64,000 nucleotides of DNA from the NCBI GenBank assembly GCA_963666835.2, contig CAXXGO010000003.1, positions 576,001 through 640,000 of the forward strand, written 5' to 3'. Origin of the DNA: Phycisphaerae bacterium (GTDB taxonomy: Bacteria > Planctomycetota > Phycisphaerae > UBA1845). The notes below the pieces were generated by a model. The model had not been told where the DNA came from. It made no database searches and saw nothing but the letters and a program-made list of their open reading frames with translations. Position numbers and translations under genes: made by a program. Below, piece after piece: positions 27,445 through 37,700 of this stretch (position 1 is the first letter of the stretch; every line of letters starts with the position of its first letter).

Positions 27445-29493
27445 ATGTCACGCCTCGCTACAGTACTTACGCTGGTTATCGTTCTGACCGTCATCGGCCC
27501 CGCCGGTGCTCGGGAGATTCTGGTCGATGCGTCCGCCACGAGCGCGACACCCGACGGCGAGACCTGGTGCAGCGCCTATCTCTACCTCCAGGACGCCCTG
27601 GCCATCGCTACCGCCGGCGATGTGATCCGGGTGGCGAACGGCGTGTACAAGCCCGACGAGGGTGCGGGGCAAACCCCCGGCGACCGCGAGGCTACCTTCC
27701 AGCTTGTGGACGCGGTCGAGATGTACGGCGGCTACGCCGGCTGCGGGGCCGCCGACCCCGACGAACGCGACATCACCCTCTACGAGTCCATCCTGAGTGG
27801 TGATCTGAACGAGGACGATTACACCGGCGGAGAAGCGAGCAATTGCTGCTACGCGCATGACACCCCCGGCTGCGATGAGCCAGCCTGCGAGGCGGCGATC
27901 TGCGCCGCAGACCCGGCTAATTCCTACTGCTGCGACGAGCGCTGGGACGAGTTCTGCGCCAACGAGATTCAGTTCGAGTGCCCCGGCCTGTGTGATGCTG
28001 AGTTGTCTGATAATAGCTACCACGTGGTAACTGGAAGCGAAACGACCTCGACAAGTGTCCTCGACGGCTTCACGGTTTGCGCGGGCGCCGGCGGTCCGGG
28101 CCATCCGACAGAGCCTGGCATTGAAGTCGGCGCCGGGATGTACAACCGCCTTGGCCACCCCTCCATCCGCAACTGCCTATTCAGAGATAACTTCGTCCAT
28201 GGTTGGGGTGGCGGAATGTACAACTATCAGAGCAGCCCTACCATCGCCGGGTGCCGCTTCGTCGCCAACAGGACGGATGGGGGCGCAGGAATGGGCGTGA
28301 TGAATGAGGGCGGAAGCAGCCCGACGCTCATCGACTGCGTCTTCCATGCAAACTGGAGTGGGGGCATCTCGTTTGGCGGGGGAATCGCAAACCTCGAGGG
28401 CTCCAACCCGCTCCTGCTAGATTGTCTGTTTTCCAGGAACCACGCTTATATTGGAGGCGCCCTGATCAGTGATTCAGACTGTGCGCCCGTTGTCATCGGC
28501 TCACGGTTCGTTGGCAACTCAGCGGTATCTGGGGGCGCCGTCTTCAACGTAAACTTGAGCGAACTGCTCCTCATGAACTGCGCGATGTGGGCAAACACCG
28601 CGGAAAACGGCGGAGCATTAAGGAACGTTAGCGCGGCCGTTTACATGGCAAACTGCACCGTGAGCGGGAATGTCGCCTCGGAGCAGGGTGGTGGCATCTA
28701 CAACAACACCAGCCAGACTAGCGGGCTCGCTCCGGTCACGCTTGCCAACACGATCATCTGGGGCAACAGCGACAGCAGCGGATCGGGCGCGTCCGCTCAG
28801 ATCGTCGACGACCAAGCCGCCACCACTGCGGAGCACAGCTGCATCCAAGGCGGCTGGGCGGGAACCGGCAACATCGCCGCCGATCCGCTCTTCATGGATG
28901 CTGACGGCCCGGACGGCATACCCGGTACCGAAGACGATGACCTGCGTTTGCGGCCCGGGTCGCCGTGCATCGACGCGGGTAACAACGACGCCGTGCCGCT
29001 GGACGACTACGACCTCGATGACGACGGTGACACCGCCGAGCCGATCCCGTTCGATCTGGCATGGCTGGCCCGGTTCCTGGACGACCCCGGCACGGCCGAT
29101 ACCGGCAACGCCGGTACGCTCGGCGGACCGATCGTCGATATGGGCGCCTACGAGGCCTTCGATGACTGCAACGGTAACGACGTTGCCGACTGGACGGAAA
29201 CGGACTCCGACGGTGACGGCCTCATCGACGCCTGCGACGCCTGCCCGTTCGACGAACACAAGATCGAGCCGGGTATATGCGGCTGCGGCGAGAGTGATAC
29301 CGACGATACCGACGGCGACGGCGTTCTAGATTGCATCGACATCTGCCCCGGCGCAGACGATGCCGTCTTCGCCCCCGAATGCCAAGCGGCTATCCCCACC
29401 GTCTCCGCATGGGGCCTGGTCGTATTGACGCTGCTGCTAATGACCCTCAGCAAACTGGCCTTCTCAACCCGCAGGAGCCCGCAGCCCAAGTAG
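27445..29493 (+). CDS. Secreted right-handed parallel beta-helix protein (choice-of-anchor Q-like) with TSP3-like repeats and IPTL-CTERM sorting signal
   Basis: GGGMYN..SSPTI..C.F..N repeats, LRLRPGSPCIDAG, VDMGAYE, C-terminal IPTVSAWGL-TM-RR. Confidence 0.85.
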   Translation: MSRLATVLTLVIVLTVIGPAGAREILVDASATSATPDGETWCSAYLYLQDALAIATAGDVIRVANGVYKPDEGAGQTPGDREATFQLVDAVEMYGGYAGCGAADPDERDITLYESILSGDLNEDDYTGGEASNCCYAHDTPGCDEPACEAAICAADPANSYCCDERWDEFCANEIQFECPGLCDAELSDNSYHVVTGSETTSTSVLDGFTVCAGAGGPGHPTEPGIEVGAGMYNRLGHPSIRNCLFRDNFVHGWGGGMYNYQSSPTIAGCRFVANRTDGGAGMGVMNEGGSSPTLIDCVFHANWSGGISFGGGIANLEGSNPLLLDCLFSRNHAYIGGALISDSDCAPVVIGSRFVGNSAVSGGAVFNVNLSELLLMNCAMWANTAENGGALRNVSAAVYMANCTVSGNVASEQGGGIYNNTSQTSGLAPVTLANTIIWGNSDSSGSGASAQIVDDQAATTAEHSCIQGGWAGTGNIAADPLFMDADGPDGIPGTEDDDLRLRPGSPCIDAGNNDAVPLDDYDLDDDGDTAEPIPFDLAWLARFLDDPGTADTGNAGTLGGPIVDMGAYEAFDDCNGNDVADWTETDSDGDGLIDACDACPFDEHKIEPGICGCGESDTDDTDGDGVLDCIDICPGADDAVFAPECQAAIPTVSAWGLVVLTLLLMTLSKLAFSTRRSPQPK

Positions 29494-29518
29494 GGCAGGT
29501 CGAGCCACGAGACCTGCC
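29490..29518 (+). repeat. Single REP hairpin whose GTAG foot supplies the upstream stop codon
   Basis: GTAG-GGCAGGTC..GACCTGCC; TAG 29491-29493 is the stop of 27445..29493. Confidence 0.7.
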
Positions 29519-29557
29519 ACAAGAAAGCGCGTCGCGCGAAGGCCGCGTGGCGATTCA

Positions 29558-29779
29558 AGCCCGTAGGGGCCGCTGTGCGGACCATTTGGTTCACGGGCCT
29601 GCCGCAGCTTGGTCCGGCCGAGCGGACCGCACGCGCTCCACGGGTCAACAAGTTGTCCCATGCTACCCCTATGCTACCATCGTAGGGCAGGTCGAGGCAC
29701 GAGACCTGCCGCAACCTCTGCGCGACATGCGCCTTCGTGGCAGGTCTCATGCCTCGACCATGCCCTACGTTCTTGCATC
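29558..29779 (+). repeat. Composite REP mosaic, copy A (about 220 bp)
   Basis: Near-identical to 30696-30918; contains GTAGGG(G/T)CCGCTGTGCGGACC, CACGGGTCAACAAG..CCCATG and GTAGGGCAGGTCGAGG...CCTCGACCATGCCCTAC units. Confidence 0.9.
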
Positions 29780-29843
29780 CATAAGAACTCTCCAGCCTCT
29801 TCGGCCAAGGTCAGTACCATTGCGTACGGCGGACCCTACCTGC

Positions 29844-29872
29844 TTGCATGACCCGCCCCCGCTGAGTATGAT
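29844..29872 (+). promoter_or_regulatory. Sigma70-type promoter of the RDD gene
   Basis: TTGCAT-N17-TATGAT; GGAGGT RBS downstream. Confidence 0.65.
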
Positions 29873-29922
29873 AGTGGTTCACGATCTGGTCGAATTCATG
29901 TTCCGTAGTCTGTGGAGGTAGT

Positions 29923-30696
29923 ATGAGCATAGAGCCACACAAGAGCCCTCCGACGGTTCCAAGTCCGTCGGTGTTTCCTTCACAATGTCCAATCTGCGAT
30001 CGCGCTATCACGAAACTCCGCAAGACGAGAATGCTCAACGAGACGCTGGTGTGCAAGAAGTGCTGCTACAAGTTCGCCAACCGCCGGCAACTTGCGTTCC
30101 TGATTGACTGGCTGGGGTTTTTCGTATTGTCCGCTTTGCTTCTTGCAGCCGTGGAAGCATTCCTTCCTATATCATTGGCGGGTATGGGTTCGGATTCGGT
30201 GTTCCTCGGCCTCACCGGCTTCGACGGGCCGTTGGGCTTCTTGTCGTTTTGGGTCTTGCCGATGTTCTTTTATTGCAAGGACGGATTCAGCGGCATGTCA
30301 CTTGGCAAGTGGCTGACCGGCGTGCAGGTCGTCGATAAGGACACGCGCGAGCCGGTCAGCTTCAGACAGAGCTTCAAGCGAAATCTCCCGTTTCAGATCC
30401 CATTCTTTGTCATCGCAGGCGTGTTGACCATGATCAAGGGGCGACGTTGGGGTGACGGGTGGGCCAATACGGTAGTGATCTGGCGCAAGCACGCATTCAA
30501 GACGCCGTTCGATCCGCGCGGTCTGCGTTGTACCGGTTGTGGATACAACTTGACGGGCAATGTCTCAGGTCGCTGTCCGGAATGTGGCATGCCCGTACCG
30601 GGGACAATCAAAACAGGCACAGATAAACCAGGCGAGACGAACACACTTGCCCATGCACCGGACGACGGGTTCACGAGCCATCACGGCGGGGGCTGA
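29923..30696 (+). CDS. RDD family membrane protein flanked by zinc ribbons
   Basis: RRQLAFLID, GMSLGKWLTGVQVV, RRWGD..ANTVVI; N-terminal CPIC..CKKC and C-terminal CTGCGYNLTGNVSGRCPECG. Confidence 0.85.
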   Translation: MSIEPHKSPPTVPSPSVFPSQCPICDRAITKLRKTRMLNETLVCKKCCYKFANRRQLAFLIDWLGFFVLSALLLAAVEAFLPISLAGMGSDSVFLGLTGFDGPLGFLSFWVLPMFFYCKDGFSGMSLGKWLTGVQVVDKDTREPVSFRQSFKRNLPFQIPFFVIAGVLTMIKGRRWGDGWANTVVIWRKHAFKTPFDPRGLRCTGCGYNLTGNVSGRCPECGMPVPGTIKTGTDKPGETNTLAHAPDDGFTSHHGGG

Positions 30697-30918
30697 GCCC
30701 GTGGGGTCCGCTGTGCGGACCATTTGGTTCACGAGCCCGCCGCAGTTTGGTCCGGCCGAGCGGACCGCACGCGCTCCACGGGTCAACAAGTCGACCCATG
30801 CCACCCGTATGGCACCCTCTGTAGGGCAGGTCGAGGTGCGAGGCCTGCCGCAACCTCTGCGCGACACGCGCCTTCGTGGCAGGTCTCGTGCCTCGACCAT
30901 GCCCTACGTTCTGCCATC
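30696..30918 (+). repeat. Composite REP mosaic, copy B
   Basis: Direct repeat of 29558-29779. Confidence 0.9.
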
Positions 30919-30959
30919 GAGGCCGCAATAGTCCGAGTCGCACGAATATGTGCCAACCG

Positions 30960-31800
30960 CGCGGCCCGCGGGTCCAGCCTGCCAGGGCGGCAGATCTGCC
31001 TAGCCCGCGGCGCGAGCCGCGGGATCGCGTCGCACGTCAACCCAAGCCCCGCCAGGGGCGGCACTTCGACGCCCGCATGGGTCCCGGTCATGGGCAACGT
31101 GCTCCCGTTATGATGGTGAATCATCGCCGTCCGGTCCAAACCTCGATGTCCTGTGCCGCCCGCAAGCTTCCACCCGGGGGCGGTGGCCGCTGCGCGGCCT
31201 TGCCCCCGGCTACTATCTTGCAGGCTTTCCGCCTCAAGACCGAGCCGGCCTGCAGCTTGTCAGGCTGGGGAATGCGTCGCCGCAGAGTCGGACGGATACG
31301 CTTCGCTCGCCCGGCAAAGATGTGTAGAGCAACGAGGGCTACACCGTGGGGCTAAATGACCTTTCGCCCCGAGGGGCCTTGCTTACGGCACGGTCGACAA
31401 ACGAGGCCTACCCTCGAGGGTGGCATGGAAAAACGTAGCTCGCGCAATACACTCTCCCGTGCGTCTGGAGATTACGCTTCAGGCATGGACGCTTGCAGCT
31501 TGCCCGTGGGTGTCCGCGCCGTGGCACGCTCCACGGGTCAACAAGTTGCCCCATGACACCTTGGTGGCATCCCGCGTGCGTCTTTGCGCAGCACGGGTTC
31601 TTGTGGCAGTTCGAGTCCCCCCCCCGCTAAAGCGATGGGCCACCCGTCCTACCGAGCTGCTCAGGCGATGCCACCGCCACGACCCTCTCGATTACGCACA
31701 CGGATCATCGGCTCCCCCGGGTCCGACGTGTCTTACTCCGAGAATCCTCAATGGATCGGAACACGCGCCAAACCTAAAAGGACCCGGGCCACCCATCCGT
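30960..31800. repeat. Non-coding patchwork of further palindromic repeat families
   Basis: GGCTACTATCTTGCAGGCTTTCCGCCT (about 31208) is an inverted match to the 22451 element end; third CTCCACGGGTCAACAAGTTG copy at about 31530; GGGTGGCATGG and GGGCCACCC units. Confidence 0.65.
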
Positions 31801-31820
31801 TCCGTAGTTGCGCCGCGCGT

Positions 31821-33041
31821 CTACTTGACCAGCGCGGCGTTTACCCAGTCGAAGCGGTCCTGCAGGTCTCCGTTCTTTCCAAAACCTACGACAAGCTCAA
31901 GACGCTGAGCCCCCGCGACACTCCAGCGATGTGGACCGTGGAGGGCACCGCGGCGAATACTCGGCTGCTCGAACACGACTTTGCCGTCCACGAAAACAGA
32001 GACGGATACGTCCGCCAGCGGACCGCTGTCGTCGTCCATTCCGAAGGCCGTTACGAACTCGCCGTACGCGCCCTTCAGGTCATAGGCCAACCGCGATTCG
32101 CTGTGCACGCCGATACCGTGTTCGAAGACCTCGCCGGCCACTGTAATCGGCCCGCCGGTGACATTTCGATCGATAAGGGCCGGCCAGTTCATCGACAGCA
32201 TCGGCGTGTGCTTCTGCTCCACGGGGGCGTGCTGACCGAGCCATTCCCATCGGCCGCCAATCACGTCGATGCTCACGATCCGCTCGGCTTCGATCTGCCC
32301 GTCTGCCCCGGAGGGAAGACGCACGGTTACCTTATCAGCCGACCAATCCAATACGGGAACGGTCAGACGGCCGCTGGAACGAAAGGTGACCGCCATCCGA
32401 ATGCCGGTCGACCGCACTGGCGGCGGGCTTCCCAGCGTCAGCACCACCAACAGCCGGTGCGGAACGAACGCTTCCCCGGCCTCACCTTCAACGGTGATAC
32501 CCTCCGAGTCAATCGCCGTCACAAATCCGGCGACAACATCTCCGTTTGTCAGCAACGCGCGATCCTCCGTTGCCCCGGATCCGCGATCGAACCACGCTAC
32601 CGCCTCCCGATACGCCGGCGAGATTGCCCGCGCAGTGTCCATCCGCGCTACCATATCCAGAGGAACGGACACTCGCCCTAAGTCAGCAGTTGCAATTGTC
32701 ACGGACTCCTTACCCGACGACTCGACCCGGCCGCAGAGTGAATCACCTCCTGCAAGACTCAACCACACGCCGCGCGGAGTCCGCGTAGCCACAGACGTCG
32801 TTATGCGTACGACGTCCGGCATCGGAATCCGGAGCTGCTTACCCTCGACAGTCCGGACAACCGCCCCATCAGCCATTGAAACGGCAATCAACTGCCCTCG
32901 CATCGGCTCCGCATCGATTGTCTGCACGCACACGCTCGCCTCAGCCGCCGCGCCACCGTCACTGGGCGGATCGGTGTCTTCCGCCCCGGCACAAGCAACA
33001 GTCATCAACACAAACAACCAGGTCATGTCACACCCCGTCAT
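31821..33041 (-). CDS. Exported protein with C-terminal NPCBM/NEW2 domain
   Basis: GEVFEHGIGVHSESRLAYDL, F.TAFGMDD, LELVV, DWVNAAL; ATGA overlap with the upstream stop. Confidence 0.8.
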   Translation of the reverse strand: MTGCDMTWLFVLMTVACAGAEDTDPPSDGGAAAEASVCVQTIDAEPMRGQLIAVSMADGAVVRTVEGKQLRIPMPDVVRITTSVATRTPRGVWLSLAGGDSLCGRVESSGKESVTIATADLGRVSVPLDMVARMDTARAISPAYREAVAWFDRGSGATEDRALLTNGDVVAGFVTAIDSEGITVEGEAGEAFVPHRLLVVLTLGSPPPVRSTGIRMAVTFRSSGRLTVPVLDWSADKVTVRLPSGADGQIEAERIVSIDVIGGRWEWLGQHAPVEQKHTPMLSMNWPALIDRNVTGGPITVAGEVFEHGIGVHSESRLAYDLKGAYGEFVTAFGMDDDSGPLADVSVSVFVDGKVVFEQPSIRRGALHGPHRWSVAGAQRLELVVGFGKNGDLQDRFDWVNAALVK

Positions 33042-34096
33042 TTCTGGAAAATCGGCAACAGTCGATTCGGCATCTGAAGGATAATCAGTGCCATTGCCGT
33101 GCCGTACTCCGGGCCGGCCTGCCCTTGCCAGAAGCCTGCGGGATCCTGCTTGCCCAGCAGCTCCGTCCGGATCGCCGGCCACCAACTCTGCCAATACTCA
33201 TCACCGGCCAGGAACATCGCCTGGGCCGCGTAATAGTGCCCGTAGTAGTAGTGCCCGGTCGTACGTTCCTGCGGTGGAGTGAAATGCCTGATATACTCCA
33301 ACCCGCGCGTTATTTCCGGGCCGCCGTGGATCCCGGCGTATTGCAGAGCCGCTACCCCCGCCGCCGACCGGGCAAAAGCCGAGCCGCCGGAACTGAGCAT
33401 ATACCGAAACCCACCGTCGGGGTTCTGGCTGGCTTCGACATACTCCACAGCTCGATCAATCACCTGCTTGTCGACGTATATCCCCGTGTTCCGCGCCGCG
33501 CGAAGGGCCATGATCTGGCAAATCGTGACGGAAATGTCAGCATCGTGACGCACGGGCTGATACCGCCAACCGCCCTCGCTGTTCTGGGTGCTGACAATCA
33601 ACCGAACGGCCTTTCGCAGCGTTTCACGGATCTCCACGCGCGGCGTCATCCCGTACACCTCGCTAAGGAAGAGCGTCGCGAAACCGTGGCCGTACATCGG
33701 CCCGTGAGAGGTCTCCGCCGCAAGCAGTCCGCTCTCGGAGCTGTGCTTCAGGATGAAAGACAGACACCCGTCGACGGTGTTGGCATAGCGGCCTCGGGCG
33801 GGCATGCTGCCATCGGACATAAACGCCAACCCAACAAGCCCGGTTATTCCCACGTGCGGGCCATAATGCGACAAGCGACCGTAACCACCGTCCTCGGCCT
33901 GCCGCTCGGCGAGCCACGCCAGCCCCCGTTCAACGGCCGCCGTCTGCTCCGGCGTGATCTCGGCCAGCGTCGGGGAGGCCGACCGCGTTTGCCGGACGGG
34001 ATCGGCGGCCGCAGAAACGCATACGAAGACTAACAGAAGCCCGCAGAGGGTTGCCGGCCGTCGCCACCTTAGGGATAGTCTTCGCACGTCGTTCAC
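33038..34096 (-). CDS. Prenyltransferase/squalene oxidase repeat protein (alpha/alpha toroid)
   Basis: GLAWLAERQAEDGGY, QNSEGGWRY, QNPDGGFRY and QDPAGFW (QW-like) repeats; signal-like N-terminus. Confidence 0.85.
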   Translation of the reverse strand: MNDVRRLSLRWRRPATLCGLLLVFVCVSAAADPVRQTRSASPTLAEITPEQTAAVERGLAWLAERQAEDGGYGRLSHYGPHVGITGLVGLAFMSDGSMPARGRYANTVDGCLSFILKHSSESGLLAAETSHGPMYGHGFATLFLSEVYGMTPRVEIRETLRKAVRLIVSTQNSEGGWRYQPVRHDADISVTICQIMALRAARNTGIYVDKQVIDRAVEYVEASQNPDGGFRYMLSSGGSAFARSAAGVAALQYAGIHGGPEITRGLEYIRHFTPPQERTTGHYYYGHYYAAQAMFLAGDEYWQSWWPAIRTELLGKQDPAGFWQGQAGPEYGTAMALIILQMPNRLLPIFQK

Positions 34097-34794
34097 TCAT
34101 CCGCCTCTTGAAGCGTACGGTAGTATTGCTCGATCCACTCTCGGAATCGGCCCAGATAGCGCTCGTCAGCTCCTTGGATCATCTCGTCGCGTTCGCGTTG
34201 CGGGAGGTTGCCCCAGCTTCGACGCGATTCCGACAATGGCCCGTCGGAGACGTCCGCAGATACGGGTGCCCCTCCGGGTCCGCCCAAACCGGATCCGGCC
34301 GCGTCGCTGCTGTCCTGCTGCTCGGGCCTGTTCTTCTCGTCACCGGAGTCCCCATCTTCCGATAGACGACGTTTATCTCCCTTGGAGGTCGTTCGATTCT
34401 GCGATCGCCGGCTTTGCTGTGCGGCGGCGAGTTCAATCGCCTCGTTCAGCTTCTCGACGATACTACTTTGCACCGCCTGGGTTTCCTCGCCTACATCGAA
34501 ATCCACGGTTAGACGGTGCGCAGCGGTGTCCATTGAACGAACCACAACGGCCATCACGTCTTCATCCACGCCGGTACGCGCCTTGCGAATCAGCCGCTTG
34601 CCGAGGTCGTCGCCGTTGTGGGCGGGGCTGTCCGTCTTGGGAGGCTCATCGGCCAACACCGCCGTCGCGGTGACCATTACCGTAACACCGGCTGTTACGA
34701 GCGTACGGAATCGCCGCCGCAGCCAAGACGCCGTTCCCGCCAACGGCGCGGGGAAAAGGTCGGAGTGTACCACTTGTCTTGTTTTGATCGCCAC
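34093..34794 (-). CDS. Conserved hypothetical exported protein of the MoxR cluster
   Basis: Hydrophobic segment, helical region, C-terminal WGNLP..ER......IEQYYR; GTGA overlap with the next gene. Confidence 0.7.
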   Translation of the reverse strand: MAIKTRQVVHSDLFPAPLAGTASWLRRRFRTLVTAGVTVMVTATAVLADEPPKTDSPAHNGDDLGKRLIRKARTGVDEDVMAVVVRSMDTAAHRLTVDFDVGEETQAVQSSIVEKLNEAIELAAAQQSRRSQNRTTSKGDKRRLSEDGDSGDEKNRPEQQDSSDAAGSGLGGPGGAPVSADVSDGPLSESRRSWGNLPQRERDEMIQGADERYLGRFREWIEQYYRTLQEADE

Positions 34795-34798
34795 CGGA

Positions 34799-37700
34799 CT
34801 ATCCCCCCTTCTTGGTAACTCTATCGGTCAGCCTACTGACCTCGGCCTGATCCTCCCCGAGCAGTCGAATCTCTCGGAGCTGTTCTTCGGTGGCTCTTCT
34901 CTCATCGAAAGTCTGCGCTAGAGACTTAGTGCGGCTATTGATATCGCGCTGCATCGCCCGGAGTACGAGCAGCTCGGCCACCGGGGGAACCGGCTTGGTG
35001 GCTTTGGTCTGGCCCCGACCTCCGCCTCCGCCGGCCCCATCCGCATACTTCTCGTCCATCGGCATCGCTTCAGTTTCGACTATGGCATCCACCAGTTTCT
35101 CAAGCTCGCGTACGATGCGGGTCGTTGTGGCAATGAGCGCCTCGTCGATGACTCGAGTCTCGAGATGTCGACGGGATTCATCCATCCAACGGGCAACTCG
35201 TTCGAGAGCCCATTCATAAACCGGTACGCTTTGCAGATCCGGCAGGCCTTCGTCGAGCAGTCGGCGCACGTCGGATTGCCGAGATGCCAGCCGGGATGCC
35301 GCTCGGCTCTCGGCCCGCCCCATTCGCCCCTTCGAACTTATGGTCGTATGCAGATCACCGATTCCGTCATTGACTTCACGCTGACCGGCCAGGAGGGCCT
35401 CGAGGCTTTCCCGGACGCGCCCCAGCGATCGCCGCCAAGCCTCCTCGCCAACTTCTTGGGCAAACTCTTCAAGGCGTCTCCGGGCATCATCAAGCTGGGC
35501 AATAGCCTCGCTTTGGGCAACCGTCGCGGCCTCGGTTTGCCCGGTGTTGATCTGATCCTCCGCCCTTTTCATCGCACCCGCCGCGGACCGGACGATTCGC
35601 CCTTCTTCGAACATGCGATCGAGCTTATCGAGCTTATCGCCAAGCGCCCCAGTGTTTTTACGGAGCCGGCTCTGATCATCGGCGATAAGCTCCAAGGCCT
35701 CTCCCTCGCTCCCCAACGCTTTGGCCTCTTCCGTAGCGGTTTGAACACTTCGCTGCTCGTCGATCAGAAGCGTAAGCTGCTCCTCCGCGCCCCGGAGGGT
35801 TTTCTCAAGCCGGGCCAGCTCCCGACTTCGGCGTTCCTCCAACGCGGCTACCATCTCTCGGATGGTCGCTACGGCGTTCTTCTGATCGAGGGTCGCGGCC
35901 GCAGTACGATTCGCGCGGATTGCCTCCGCCGCCGCTCGGACGCGCCGGGGCAGGCTCCGAGCCTGTGCCACCCGGCGGGCATCATCAATGGCCTGCGCTC
36001 CGTCGACGTCCCTCTCCCGCAGCATGTCGACCAGCCGGGTCATCCGGGCCAACAACTGCTCCGAATCTCGGCCGACCTGCTCCTGCTCGCGCTGCAGGCG
36101 CGTAAGAGCCGTTGTTTCCTCTTTGTCCAGTTCATCCAACGGTCGTCCAAGCAGCCTCTTCCCAAGTTCGGCCGTGCGCCGGCGTACCGCCTCCTGCCGA
36201 TCCAGCAAGTCTCGCGTCCGCGTCGCAATCCCCTGAAACTCTCCCCACTTCGCCATCCCTTGCAGAAGCGCCCGCAGGCCGTCAACGGCCTCGGTCTCAG
36301 CGGTGGCGGCGTTCCGCAAGTACGACTGTTCTTCGCGCGTTTCTCTTTGCGTGGCGGCCTCCAAAAGAGTCGTTCCCGCCCGCGCCATGGCACCTGTCCC
36401 AATACCGCGAAGGCTCAGGCCCACCGATGTCAAACGCCCTCGAGCCTGCTCATCGCCGACGCCGTTTTGAGCCATTCGCTGAGCCAGATGGTCAAGCCGC
36501 CCGGCAAGATCGCCGACCTGCCGCAAGAGTCGCGCCTGTTGAGCGGCCAGTTCGGCAATAAGCTCCCGCGTGCTTATGCCCTGGGCAACCGGCGCAGTTC
36601 CGTCCGCGATCAGCAAGGTAGTCCGATCGAGCAAGTCCGTTTCATCAAGAGTGATGCGCCGGAGACGGTCTTCCAGTGACGCCATCTCGTCACCCACGCG
36701 AAGCTCGAACTCGATCTCGCTGATAACCCGCACCTGCAGGGGGGCCGAGCGGCCTACCTGCCCGTAAGTACCCTCACCCACCCGGTTATCCTCGGCCTCC
36801 ACATGGAAGGTAAGGGCGTCGCCCGGGCTCAACCCCATTGGCTCCATGAGCCAGAGGTACTCGACCGCAGCCTCTAACCCACCTTCCGTATCGGCAGTCA
36901 TTTCCCACCCACCCACCGGGATCGACCAAATGCTACCATCGCCGATTCGCTCGGCTTTAAGCGTAACGCGGGTCAGCCCAAAATCGTCCGCAACTCGCGC
37001 CCGTAGTGATATGGCTCCGCGGGGCGTTAGCTCCGTTAACGAGGTCGGCTCCAGAACGCTGACCACGGGTGGCGCATCCGGGCGAGCCTGAATGCAATGC
37101 CGCACGGCACCGCGGTTTGCGAAACCGTCTTCGTCGCAAAGCTCTACCCTGAAGCACAAGTCTGCGACGATCTCGAAGCGGGCTGACAGGCGTTGTTGCT
37201 CTTGCGGATCAACGATCAGCGGCGTGAGATCCCCATTATCAAGACGAAGTCCGGCGGCAGCGGGCTGCCGGCGGGGGATCGGCTTACTCGCCTTGACCAA
37301 TACGGTCGCGAAGCCGCCCTGCGGCGCTTCCACCGCTCCTTCGAGCAGATCGCACGTGCGGATGGCCCTGCGGTCACCGTACGGGGGGGGCTCGATCTCT
37401 ACTTGAGCCTCCAACACCACGGGGCGGCGCACGGCCGTGATGGTACCGGGGTAATTCGCGGTATCATCGTCACCCGCCTCGAACCAGTACTCGAGGTCGC
37501 AAGTCACGGTGTCAATCATCGCGGAGAATAGCCCGTCTTCCCCGCGTTGCATGGGGAGAGTCATGACCTCTCCACTCGAATCAGAAACGTGGACAACTGC
37601 ACGTAACGACGGGCGTAAGCCGCGCTCGATCGTCATCCGCACCGTCGCCGACTCACCCAAGGCGACCTTCTCCGATCCCGGCATGGAGACTATCGAGACT

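Noticed and set aside
29490..31560. Possible CRISPR array or integron attC array
   Set aside because: Repeats are palindromic REP-type units with irregular spacing; no constant repeat-spacer period, and no cas or integrase gene
29148..31908. ORFs spanning the repeat region (29331..29921, 30724..31113, 30876..31355, 31420..31908)
   Set aside because: Translations of palindromic repeats with no protein-like features; no HUH transposase motif
33038..34096. Squalene-hopene cyclase
   Set aside because: Only 352 aa (single domain), no DxDD motif, signal-like N-terminus
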